This document shows positions 46,802 through 55,847 of a stretch of DNA of 64,000 bases, in pieces. Location: positions 18,875-82,874 of the forward strand of contig JAYUGC010000036.1 of the NCBI GenBank assembly GCA_043767805.1, written 5' to 3'. Below the pieces are notes generated by a model. It worked only from the letters and a program-made list of their open reading frames with translations. It was not told where the DNA came from and made no database searches. The translations under genes and the position numbers were made by a program. How positions within the stretch are numbered: position 1 is the first letter of the stretch; the number at the start of each line of letters is the position of its first letter. The stretch comes from Pseudomonadota bacterium (GTDB lineage Bacteria; Bdellovibrionota; FAC87; UBA2466).

Positions 46802-47668
46802 TTACAGCTCCGTGAGTGGTCCGTACGTTTCAGGCCGTCTGTCCCGGAAGAATTGCCAGAGGTCCCGAACCTCCTTGACCTCGTCCAGATCGATATCGAC
46901 CGTGAGCAGCTCGTCTTTGTCCCGGGAAGCTTTCTTCAAGATCTTACCCCGAGGGCTCGCCACGTAGGAAGTGCCGTAAAATTGGCCGATGCCCCACGGA
47001 GCTTCCGTTCCGACGCGGTTGATCGCGGCGATGAAGTACCCATTCGCGACCGCATGGGCTGGCTGCTCGATTTCCCAGAGATACTCCGAGAGTCCGGCCA
47101 CGGTGGCGGAAGGATTGAAGACGATCTCGGCGCCGTTAAGCCCCAAGCATCGCGCTCCATCCGGAAAATGCCGATCGTAGCAGATGTAGACGCCGACTTT
47201 GCCGTACGCCGTATCGAAAACGGGATAACCGAGATTGCCTGGCTTGAAGAAGAACTTCTCCCAGAAGCCTTTGACCTGCGGGATATGGTTCTTACGGTAC
47301 TTGCCGAGGTATTTTCCGTCGGCATCGATGACCGCGGCGGTGTTGTAGTAAACGCCCGTCTGGTGCTCCTCGTAGATGGGAACCACGATGACCATTTTGT
47401 ACTTCTTCGCGTACTCCTGCATGAGCCTCGTGGTGGGGCCGTCCGGAATCTTTTCAGTCAGGCCGTACCATTTGCTGTCTTGCGACGGGCAGAAATAGGG
47501 GCCGGTGAAAATTTCCTGCATGCAAAGCATGTTGACGCCCTGCTTGCCCGCTTCGTCGATATACGGGATGTGCGCTTCGATCATGGCGCGCGCATGCTCT
47601 TCGCACGAGCTATCCGTGGGAAGCTTGTTCGCCATCTGAATGAGACCGACTTTTACTTTTCTAGCCAT
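46802..47668 (-). CDS. Beta-ureidopropionase (nitrilase superfamily)
   Basis: QE, KYRK.HIP, ICYDRHFP (E-K-C triad). Confidence 0.9.
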   Translation of the reverse strand: MARKVKVGLIQMANKLPTDSSCEEHARAMIEAHIPYIDEAGKQGVNMLCMQEIFTGPYFCPSQDSKWYGLTEKIPDGPTTRLMQEYAKKYKMVIVVPIYEEHQTGVYYNTAAVIDADGKYLGKYRKNHIPQVKGFWEKFFFKPGNLGYPVFDTAYGKVGVYICYDRHFPDGARCLGLNGAEIVFNPSATVAGLSEYLWEIEQPAHAVANGYFIAAINRVGTEAPWGIGQFYGTSYVASPRGKILKKASRDKDELLTVDIDLDEVKEVRDLWQFFRDRRPETYGPLTEL

Positions 47669-47676
47669 AGATACTC

Positions 47677-49068
47677 CTAAACCTCGACGCCGCTAAATTT
47701 CTTGCGCGGCAGATATTTACCAAACCCTTTGCCGATGAGCGCTTTGCCCTGATCGATGGCGACCGTCCCCCGCAGAAGTACCGTGCGGACCTTACCGGTC
47801 ACCTGCCAGCCTTCGTAAGAGGAGTAATCGCAACGCATGTGATGCGTCTCGGCGGAATGCGTGTGCTTCACTTTCGGATCAAAGATGACCAGGTCTGCAT
47901 CCGCTCCGACCGCAATCGCTCCTTTGCGAGGGTAGAGCCCGAAGATTTTCGCTGGCGCCGTGCAATTGAGTTCGACAAACTTATTGAGACTGATGCGGCC
48001 CTTCACGACGCCTTCCGAGTACATGAGCTCCATGCGGTTCTCGATGCCGGGCGCGCCGTTCGGAATTTTCGAAAAGTCGTCTTTACCCGCGGCTTTTTGA
48101 TCCATGCAGAAGGGGCAGTGATCGGTCGCGACCGTGTGCACGAGCCCTTGCTGAATGCCGTTCCAAAGTGCTTCTTGATCCTTGGGCTTTCGGATCGGCG
48201 GGCTCATGACCCATTTCGAGCCTTCGAAGCCGGGGCGATCGTACACGGAATCGTCGAGTAAAAGATACTGCACGCAAGTTTCGACGAGGACTTTCTGATT
48301 GCGCTTCGTCGCTTCCCGCACGCGGTTCAAAGCGCCTTCGCACGTCATGTGGACGACGTAGAGCGGATGGCCGCCGGAATAGGCGATATCGATGGCGCGT
48401 CCCGTGGCTTCGGCTTCCACGATCTCGGGGCGCGAGAGCGCATGGTATTTGGGCGCCTTATTACCCGCGGCTCGGTTCAATTGAATGAGGGAGTCCGCGA
48501 GATCCCCGTTCTCGGCGTGCACGGTGACGAGGCCCCCGCACTTTTTCACTTCGCTCATCAGACCGATCATCTGCCGGTCATCGATTTGCAAAGCGCCCTT
48601 GTAAGCCATGAAGGTCTTGAAAGAGGTCACGCCTTCTTTCTCGACGAGATCTTTGATTTCCGCGCGAGACTTCTCGTTGAAGTCGGTGACGACGACGTGG
48701 AAGCCGTAATCGCCAACCGCTTTGCCTTTGGCCTTCTCGTGCCAGAGGGCGAGACCTTCCTTCAGCGACTTGCCTTGCGTCTGAAACGCGAAGTCGATGA
48801 TGGAAGTCGTGCCGCCGTGAAGGGCCGCTAAAGTCCCCGTCTCGAAATCGTCGCTCGACATGGTTCCCATGAAGGGCATGTCCAGATGGGTGTGAGCGTC
48901 GATGCCGCCCGGAAAAATGTAGCAACCCGAAGCGTCGATGGTCTTATCCGCCTTGAAGCCCCCCGTGCGCGAGATCCCTTGAATGGTCTCTCCGTCGATG
49001 AGGATATCGGCCAGAAACGTATCGGTCGCGGTAACTACCGTACCTTTAGTAATGCACACCGTGCTCAT
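47677..49068 (-). CDS. hydA: Dihydropyrimidinase
   Basis: PGGIDAHTH, SFKTFMAY, HAENGD, TDHCPF. Confidence 0.95.
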   Translation of the reverse strand: MSTVCITKGTVVTATDTFLADILIDGETIQGISRTGGFKADKTIDASGCYIFPGGIDAHTHLDMPFMGTMSSDDFETGTLAALHGGTTSIIDFAFQTQGKSLKEGLALWHEKAKGKAVGDYGFHVVVTDFNEKSRAEIKDLVEKEGVTSFKTFMAYKGALQIDDRQMIGLMSEVKKCGGLVTVHAENGDLADSLIQLNRAAGNKAPKYHALSRPEIVEAEATGRAIDIAYSGGHPLYVVHMTCEGALNRVREATKRNQKVLVETCVQYLLLDDSVYDRPGFEGSKWVMSPPIRKPKDQEALWNGIQQGLVHTVATDHCPFCMDQKAAGKDDFSKIPNGAPGIENRMELMYSEGVVKGRISLNKFVELNCTAPAKIFGLYPRKGAIAVGADADLVIFDPKVKHTHSAETHHMRCDYSSYEGWQVTGKVRTVLLRGTVAIDQGKALIGKGFGKYLPRKKFSGVEV

Positions 49069-49077
49069 TGTGAAACC

Positions 49078-50526
49078 TCACCAGATATTGGAATCTTTGT
49101 TCCAGCGTTGGATGGTCACCTTCGTATCGGTGAAGAACTGCACGCCCTGATTGCCGTGTGCCTTCACGTCACCGAAGAAGGAATCTTTCGCGCCGCCGAA
49201 GGAAAAGAACGCCATGGGGGCCGGTACGCCAATGTTGAGCCCCAGCATTGCGGGCGCCGCCTCGTAGCTGAACTGGCGCGCCGCCGCGCCGGAGTTCGTA
49301 AAGAGCGAAGCGGTGTTGGCGAAGGGCGAGCTATTGATCCACTGGATCGCTTCATCGAGAGATTTCGCGCGCGCCAGGCAGACGACGGGGCCGAAGACTT
49401 CTTCTTTCGCGATCCGCATGTGCGGCTTCACGTTGCCCAAGATGGTGGGCTTCAAGAAGTAGCCTTTGCCCGTGTACCCGCGGCCATCGAGGAGAAGCTC
49501 TGCGCCTTCGTCGATGGCGGATTGAATCAAGGCCTTGATGCGATCGACGGCGGCGCGCGAAATGACCGGTCCCATTTGCGTATTGGTATCCGCGCCGTCA
49601 CCAATTCGCACATCGCCCGCGTAACGAAGGATGCGGGACTTCACTTCTTCGTAAGCGTCGTTGACGCCGATGACCACCGAGCCCGCGAGGCAACGCTGAC
49701 CGGCGCAGCCGATGATGGACTCTAAACAAGTTTTCACCGAGTGCTCCATGGTCGCGTCCGGGAGGACCACCATGAAGTTTTTCGCGCCGCCCAAAGACTG
49801 CGCACGTTTCCCGTGCGAGGTCGCCAGCTGGTAGACGTGTTTCGCGACGGGCGTCGAGCCGACGAAGGAAATGCCTTTGACGTCGGGGTGCGTGCAAAGC
49901 GCGTTCACGACATCTTTGCCGCCGGCGACGAGATTCATCACGCCTTTGGGAAAGCCCGCCTTCTGAATGAGCTCGAAAATACGGACCTGCGAAAGCGGCA
50001 CGCGCTCACTCGGTTTCAAAACGAATGTGTTTCCGGCAGCGACCGCGAACGGCCAAAACCAAAAGGGCACCATCGCGGGAAAGTTAAACGGGGTGACGGC
50101 CGCGAACACGCCCATGGGCTGACGAACCGCGTGGCAGTCGATGCCAGCCGCGATGTCTTCCGCGCTTTGGCCCATCATGAGAGTCGGGATGCCGCACGCG
50201 GTTTCGACCATCTGGATACCGCGGCGAACGTCTCCGCGAGATTCCGCGAGAGTCTTGCCGTGCTCTTTCGTGCAGAGCTTCACGAGCTCGTCGACGTTCT
50301 CTTCGAGTAAAGCCTTCAGACGGAAAAAATATTGCGCGCGATCGATGGCGGGCACGCGGCGCCACGCGGGGAAAGCGTCTTGCGCAGCTTTGACGGCGCG
50401 GTTCACATCCTCGGAGGTGCCGAGGGGACAGCGATCCAAGATGTCTTCCGTCGCCGGATTGATGATGTCGACTGTCTCGGTACCCAACGAGGTAATCCAC
50501 TCGCCGTTGATGTAGTTCTTTACCAT
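49078..50526 (-). CDS. mmsA: CoA-acylating (methyl)malonate-semialdehyde dehydrogenase
   Basis: PFNFPAM, KPSE, GAKN, GQRCLA, EEVFGP. Confidence 0.93.
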   Translation of the reverse strand: MVKNYINGEWITSLGTETVDIINPATEDILDRCPLGTSEDVNRAVKAAQDAFPAWRRVPAIDRAQYFFRLKALLEENVDELVKLCTKEHGKTLAESRGDVRRGIQMVETACGIPTLMMGQSAEDIAAGIDCHAVRQPMGVFAAVTPFNFPAMVPFWFWPFAVAAGNTFVLKPSERVPLSQVRIFELIQKAGFPKGVMNLVAGGKDVVNALCTHPDVKGISFVGSTPVAKHVYQLATSHGKRAQSLGGAKNFMVVLPDATMEHSVKTCLESIIGCAGQRCLAGSVVIGVNDAYEEVKSRILRYAGDVRIGDGADTNTQMGPVISRAAVDRIKALIQSAIDEGAELLLDGRGYTGKGYFLKPTILGNVKPHMRIAKEEVFGPVVCLARAKSLDEAIQWINSSPFANTASLFTNSGAAARQFSYEAAPAMLGLNIGVPAPMAFFSFGGAKDSFFGDVKAHGNQGVQFFTDTKVTIQRWNKDSNIW

Positions 50527-50604
50527 TCAAAACCCCACATAACGCAACGCATTAAACATAACCGATGCCTTGTTCCAATCCGAACAATTAACCACAGTTT
50601 CGCC

Positions 50605-50752
50605 GAGGGAACTAGCGGTCCCTCCGCCTCTTTTGGAGACGAGGGTAAGTTCGTGAGCCCTCTGGCCTTTTCAGAAGTGTGAGTCGCTAGGCTGGCGCCT
50701 CGCGCCGGGATCCCTAGGATGGCCATCAACCCAGTGCCTTCCGCCAGGAAGG
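50605..50752 (+). other. Candidate structured leader RNA (unassigned)
   Basis: Several consecutive hairpins plus loop complementarity CTAGCG/CGCTAG; no known family recognised. Confidence 0.35.
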
Positions 50753-50770
50753 ACAAACCAAGGAGTTCTC

Positions 50771-51232
50771 ATGAACGTTAAATTACAGGCCCTCTTACTC
50801 AGCGCTCTCGTCGGCACCTCGCTCTTCGCCGAGCCCGGCACCTACAAAGGAAAAGGCACCATTCAAGGCATCGGCAGCAAGCCGGCGGAATATGCGGCGA
50901 CGTTGGTCTTGAAAGAAATCACCCCGAAGGCCCTCTACGAAGTCCAGGAGACCTGGGACATGGGCAACGGACAGAAGGGAACCTTCACGCACACCTTCCA
51001 CTTCAACCAGGACGGTACGTTCAAGGTGAAGCGCAATAACGTCGAAGTCGGCTGCGGCTATTCCTTCGACAACGCTCAAGGGCACTGGATGGATTACAAA
51101 GTGCAGAGCGAGCAAGGCCCGGTCCACATCAATCAGTACTACAGCAAAGTGAACAAGCAGCTCGTGCGCATGGGAGACGGCATCTTTCAGGGCACGGTGA
51201 AGTTCTGGACCGATAGCCTCGCGAAAGAGTAA
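50771..51232 (+). CDS. Secreted beta-rich hypothetical protein
   Basis: AAGGAG RBS, signal peptide, alternating beta-strand pattern. Confidence 0.8.
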   Translation: MNVKLQALLLSALVGTSLFAEPGTYKGKGTIQGIGSKPAEYAATLVLKEITPKALYEVQETWDMGNGQKGTFTHTFHFNQDGTFKVKRNNVEVGCGYSFDNAQGHWMDYKVQSEQGPVHINQYYSKVNKQLVRMGDGIFQGTVKFWTDSLAKE

Positions 51233-51271
51233 CGAAAAGAACGGGAGCGGCTCGTCCCCGAGCCGCTCCCG
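51233..51271. terminator. Terminator hairpin between convergent genes
   Basis: 13-bp perfect stem CGGGAGCGGCTCG-TCCC-CGAGCCGCTCCCG with a T-rich tail on the minus strand. Confidence 0.8.
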
Positions 51272-51276
51272 CCCTC

Positions 51277-53775
51277 TTAAAGACGGCTGGGGGTAATCTG
51301 CTTGGCGATCGCGTGCCAGTTCGAAGTGGGGCGGAGCTGACTCAACGTCGCGTAAAAGCCCCAGTGCGCCTTAAACAGATAGGCGTTCTCTTTGTGAATC
51401 GCGATGGACTGGTACACGTCTCGGTTGTTGAGGAGATTCACTTCGACGTCGTCTCTGACCAGCGAAGGTTCCAGCGTGATCGCTTCATTGCGCGCAATGG
51501 CCCGCAAAACTCCATCGGCGGTGCGCTGGTAGTGCGCCCCTAGGTCAAGAGCGGTGTCCACGACCATCTCCGCTTTTTTCATCCCTTTGGAGAAACTCTC
51601 CCGGTTTCCATGGATGAGAGAAACGATGATGTCGACAAGTCCTTCGGCCTGGGGACTGGTCCACTTCTTCACGTTTCCAAAATCCACGAAGGCGACTTGA
51701 TCCTTCAGAAAGAGGTAATTACCTCCGTGGGGATCGGTATTGAAATAACGGTGGGTGAGAAGGCACTCGTAGTGCCAGCGGAACATGGTTTCCGCCGCGC
51801 GGTTCTTTTCGGCTTCCGTAGCTTTCCCGCGGAACTGGGAAAGCGAAAGACCGGGAATGAACTCGCTGGTAAGGACTTTTCCCGTCGAATAACCCTCGAA
51901 TACGCGGGCCACCTTAATGTGCGGATCGTTTTGGTAAAGCTTGCGAAAGTGCTCTTGGTGAAGCGCTTCCGACTTGTAGTCGCACTCCTGGAGCATTTGC
52001 GCCCGAATCTCTTCGAAAAGACCTTTGAAATCCCAGTGCGGCAAAACGTGTTTCACGATGGGCCGGATGAGACCGAGGAAATGAAAATCGTTCTCGATGA
52101 TTTTCTTGATGTCGGGATATTGAATTTTGACGGCGACTTCCTGGCCTTCCCAAGTCGTGGCTCGATGCACTTGTCCCACGCTGCCGGTGGCAAAAGGACT
52201 GTAAGAAAACGAACGAAAGATTTCCTGGGGAGATCGGCCGAGCTCTGTTTCGAGTACGGCCTCGATGACCTTCGAGTGGAGGGCCGGGGCCTGATCGTTT
52301 AGAGATTGAAAGCTCCGTCGCGCCTCTTCGGGAAGATCGAAGCCGAGGGTTCCCATCATCTGACCGAGCTTCATGGCAGGCCCGCGCATCTTGGCGAGAT
52401 ACCCCGCCATGACCTCGCAGAAGGCGATTAGCTTTTCTCCGTCGAGCTTCTCACTTTCCACAGCGGCTCTGAACTTCGCTTGAAACGCCTGGCGCCCGAC
52501 GCTCCCTACGCAAGCCATCCCCATCTTCGCCACTTCCGAGAGCCGACGCACCTGGCTCGTCGGTAAAGTCTGGAGCATGAGCTGAAACTTGAACTTGGAC
52601 GCGTCCCACGGAGTCTCGGGAGAGAAGAGCGTGAGCTCCGCCGTTTCAAATAAACCGAGGACGTCCCGCGAAGCTCCGCCCGAAAGGCGAAGCGAGAGTC
52701 CTTGGTAACGAGACAGCGCCAAGTCAGTGAGGGGACTTTGGTGAGCCCGCATCAACCAGCGCGTCGCGGCCGCCCAAATCCAAAGCTCTTGTTCGACGTG
52801 CGGCACTTTCTCGATGTCAGTGAGGGCTTCCCCTAAACGACGGACTCGATCCTGAATAGGGACCATCGAATCGTGGCATCGATCGAGGGTGAGCGTGGTC
52901 TCGAGAAACAACCGATGCGGTTCTCCTTCAGGGAGGGAGCGGGCCAATTTTCTGAGCGCGGTCCGAAATTGCGGCACTCGGGCGGTCCATTGCTTAGAAG
53001 GATCGGCCGCGGCCATCAAGAAAAGCTCGGCGCGGCGATACACGTCTTTGTCGGTACGCCCGGAAAGAAGGAGCGCGCTTAAATCTTTCGACTTCAAGGC
53101 TTTGGTCTTTTCGAGTTCCCAGTCCCATTCACTTTGTAAGCGCTCCGTCGGTGGTTTTTCTTTCGAGGAGAGAGCTAGCATCCGCGCGCTAGCCGCTCGT
53201 CCTTTGAGGCGCAACGCCCGCACGTGCTCAAGCCGCGCCTCCCAAAGCTGATCCGAGTCGGTATGAAGCTCTTCGGCTGTAATGAAACAGCGAACCGCGT
53301 TCGAGACGTCCGCGAGTCTGAGATGACGCCGCCCGAGCAGGAGGGCGAGGCGCGCGTCTCCCGCGTCTTGCTCACCGACCGCGAGATACTGGTGCCAGGC
53401 CGCGGCCCAGTTCTTCCCCTGACGCGCGGATAGCTCCATTTCCAAAAGGGAAGTTTCGGCGTGGAGGTAAGCGAGGCGGGACCGATCGGGATGAATGCCT
53501 TGGGAGTCCAAGCCCTCCCGGGCGAGGCGTAAGGCCCGGGCGATAGCCTCGGCTTGCAGATCGTCCCTCAAGAGCCCGGCTTTGGCGCTTTCCAGCGCAA
53601 GCAGGAAACCTTCGAGCTGAGAGTCGAGATCGGAAGCCTTCAGGCCGCGACTCGCTCTTTCGACGACGGTTGATAGGACTGGAGCGTCTCGTTGGATCTC
53701 GGCCGCAATGCCACGGCGGACTCTCTCGATGTTCGGCTTTTGCCAAATCTGATCTTTTTTCCGGGTGACGGGCAT
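51277..53775 (-). CDS. ABC1/UbiB/AarF atypical kinase with long helical N-terminal region
   Basis: MKLGQ, GSVGQVH, VAVKIQYP, DPHGGN, VDFG. Confidence 0.88.
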   Translation of the reverse strand: MPVTRKKDQIWQKPNIERVRRGIAAEIQRDAPVLSTVVERASRGLKASDLDSQLEGFLLALESAKAGLLRDDLQAEAIARALRLAREGLDSQGIHPDRSRLAYLHAETSLLEMELSARQGKNWAAAWHQYLAVGEQDAGDARLALLLGRRHLRLADVSNAVRCFITAEELHTDSDQLWEARLEHVRALRLKGRAASARMLALSSKEKPPTERLQSEWDWELEKTKALKSKDLSALLLSGRTDKDVYRRAELFLMAAADPSKQWTARVPQFRTALRKLARSLPEGEPHRLFLETTLTLDRCHDSMVPIQDRVRRLGEALTDIEKVPHVEQELWIWAAATRWLMRAHQSPLTDLALSRYQGLSLRLSGGASRDVLGLFETAELTLFSPETPWDASKFKFQLMLQTLPTSQVRRLSEVAKMGMACVGSVGRQAFQAKFRAAVESEKLDGEKLIAFCEVMAGYLAKMRGPAMKLGQMMGTLGFDLPEEARRSFQSLNDQAPALHSKVIEAVLETELGRSPQEIFRSFSYSPFATGSVGQVHRATTWEGQEVAVKIQYPDIKKIIENDFHFLGLIRPIVKHVLPHWDFKGLFEEIRAQMLQECDYKSEALHQEHFRKLYQNDPHIKVARVFEGYSTGKVLTSEFIPGLSLSQFRGKATEAEKNRAAETMFRWHYECLLTHRYFNTDPHGGNYLFLKDQVAFVDFGNVKKWTSPQAEGLVDIIVSLIHGNRESFSKGMKKAEMVVDTALDLGAHYQRTADGVLRAIARNEAITLEPSLVRDDVEVNLLNNRDVYQSIAIHKENAYLFKAHWGFYATLSQLRPTSNWHAIAKQITPSRL

Positions 53776-53779
53776 GAGC

Positions 53780-54874
53780 TTAGCGAAACTCCTTGGCCAC
53801 GCTTAGCGTCCCGACGTAAGCCGACCAAGACGCCAAATCGACGAGAGCTTGGTCCGAGCCGAGCTTCATCCGGACGGCTTGGACTTCCTGAGGGAGCATC
53901 GTGCGATTGTCCTGGGCGATGGCTAAGGCGAACCGGACGAAAGGCGAAGCGTCGGGCCTTACGGTGCCCGCTTCGATGGCGGCGAGATCGGTTTCCGGTA
54001 CCCCTTTATCAATCAAACGCGCGCGAACGCTCTCCATGATGTCGGACCAAAGCGCGAAAGCAAAACCAATGCGGGTATTTTCCAAAAGGGTAGGGACAGC
54101 TTCGTTCCGCGGGCGGAATCCGTATTTTTCCGCGAGACGAATGGCGGTGAAGGTAGGGTGAGTCGCCCGGGCCAAGCTTCCCACGCGCCACTTCGCCATG
54201 GTCTCAAACGCCCGATCTTTGAAAGGGGGATTTCCAGTGACTTGAAAGACCGGCTGGTAAGTGAACACGTCGATTAAGCGGGTGATGAAATGAAAGGCGA
54301 GCGTGACGCCCACGACTTCCGGGACTTGCTCGTCGGGGATGCCGGCAATCCGGTGATCCGGGCGTAAGCCCGAAGCGAAAGCATGGTACGGCCGAATCGC
54401 TTCCGGCAGCGCCGCGTTTTTCAAAAAAGAACTGTTTCGAAAGGCGGCTCGAATTTCCTCTGAAGGCTGAGTGGATAGGGCAACCGCGCGGTGCGCTTGT
54501 TCGCAGTAAGGCGCTCCGTTGCGGACAGCCACACTCACCGCGAGCGTTTCTTTCGCGACTCTCGGCACGTGCACGGGAACAAAGGATTCATACGAGATGA
54601 CCCAAAATCCCAAGAGCGCTTCCGGTGAAGGCGACAAAAGCAGGAACGGCTCGGCCGGCGGCGCGAAGTCCGCTTGCACCTGGCCGTAGATTTCCCGGAC
54701 GAGACCTTTCGCCCGAAGGATCCCGACCGGCGTCACGTGCCGGATGTTTTGGCGAGCCGTGAGATCGATCGCGGGATCGATGACGCTTTTATAGAGAAAC
54801 CTTTGCACGAGACCGGGGCTCGCCGGCGTAGGCGCGCCGAGAAGGAAGGTCAACAGAACGAGAGTCTTTTTCAT
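53780..54874 (-). CDS. Secreted carboxymuconolactone decarboxylase/AhpD-like protein
   Basis: KE.LAV.V...N.APYC..AH; signal peptide from ATG 54874. Confidence 0.7.
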   Translation of the reverse strand: MKKTLVLLTFLLGAPTPASPGLVQRFLYKSVIDPAIDLTARQNIRHVTPVGILRAKGLVREIYGQVQADFAPPAEPFLLLSPSPEALLGFWVISYESFVPVHVPRVAKETLAVSVAVRNGAPYCEQAHRAVALSTQPSEEIRAAFRNSSFLKNAALPEAIRPYHAFASGLRPDHRIAGIPDEQVPEVVGVTLAFHFITRLIDVFTYQPVFQVTGNPPFKDRAFETMAKWRVGSLARATHPTFTAIRLAEKYGFRPRNEAVPTLLENTRIGFAFALWSDIMESVRARLIDKGVPETDLAAIEAGTVRPDASPFVRFALAIAQDNRTMLPQEVQAVRMKLGSDQALVDLASWSAYVGTLSVAKEFR

Positions 54875-54957
54875 GTCCTTAAAAGCCTCATTTGAACGCG
54901 CCAAGTCAAGATGGGAAAGGGTTGATTCGCCTGGGAATTTGGTTAGTTTGCCTTTCC

Positions 54958-55455
54958 ATGGAACGGATCTTAATCATCGGCCTTCCAGGCGCCGGAAAGA
55001 CCACTTTGGCCCGCCAAATTGCCCGGGATTTAGGGGTTCCTCATATCGAGGCGGACCGGCTTTTTTGGACCGCCGACCGCCAGCAAGATCCCGAATTTAG
55101 AAACAAAGTGCGAAGGGGTACGGAGGGTAAGGCTTGGGTATTCGAAGGCCATTTCACAAAGGCCCGGGATCTCGTTTTGCCGTTAGCCGACGCCGTCGTC
55201 TGGATCGACCCGCCCTTTGCCGTAGTTCTCTTTCGCTTCTTAAAACGGCGGTTTGAAGACGCAAGCCGCCCGGGAACCCTGCGCTGGCTGCTCTCTCACC
55301 GGCGCGCTTCGCTCGCCGCGTTTCGCTCGGCTTTCCAGGAGGCTAGCTCCGCGGGTGTGTTTACGTTGCGGATCCAGTCAGGGTCCGGCGCCGAAAGCCA
55401 CAAGCATTCGGAAGCTCTCAAGGCACGGCTCGGGCTCAAATCGGAAAAATCCTGA
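54958..55455 (+). CDS. Adenylate kinase-like P-loop protein (topology modulation/FlaR type)
   Basis: RILIIGLPGAGKTT, D.LFW, WVFEG, AD.VVW.D. Confidence 0.8.
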   Translation: MERILIIGLPGAGKTTLARQIARDLGVPHIEADRLFWTADRQQDPEFRNKVRRGTEGKAWVFEGHFTKARDLVLPLADAVVWIDPPFAVVLFRFLKRRFEDASRPGTLRWLLSHRRASLAAFRSAFQEASSAGVFTLRIQSGSGAESHKHSEALKARLGLKSEKS

Positions 55456-55847
55456 CGACTGGTCAGCCGGGGCTCCCAGAGAGAAAAGAGAGGTTCCGGC
55501 TCTTCTCGAGTCCCGAAGGCCACGGCGTCCCGATTGGGATCGCGCCGATCCACGAGAAAGCGAATAGCGTCCCGGCTTGCCCCGGGAAGATCGCAGGCGA
55601 GTACCAACCAAGCCGCCTCGGGGTGTTTGCGAAAAGCGGCGATGAGTCCTGAGACGGGACCTAGTCCGCTGGAGGCGTCTTCAAGAAAGCCCGGACCCGA
55701 GCGGTAAACGACTTCGCAAACTTCCGAAAGCAAACGGACGGCATGCTCCGCTTGTGGCGCGCCGTGATAATCGAGCTGGGACTTGTCGAGTCCCATGCGG
55801 CGGCTTTGTCCGCCCGCTAAAACGAGTCCGTATAGCGGAGCGCTCAC
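55296..55847 (-). CDS. mobA: Molybdenum cofactor guanylyltransferase
   Basis: LAGGQSRRMG.DK, GP..G, LACDLP, EPL, NVNTP. Confidence 0.85.
   Translation of the reverse strand: MSAPLYGLVLAGGQSRRMGLDKSQLDYHGAPQAEHAVRLLSEVCEVVYRSGPGFLEDASSGLGPVSGLIAAFRKHPEAAWLVLACDLPGASRDAIRFLVDRRDPNRDAVAFGTREEPEPLFSLWEPRLTSRQDFSDLSPSRALRASECLWLSAPDPDWIRNVNTPAELASWKAERNAASEARR

Noticed and set aside
50527..50770. Known riboswitch or ribozyme (c-di-AMP, c-di-GMP, ZTP, glmS, yybP, purine)
   Set aside because: The conserved cores did not match by eye; kept only as an unassigned candidate
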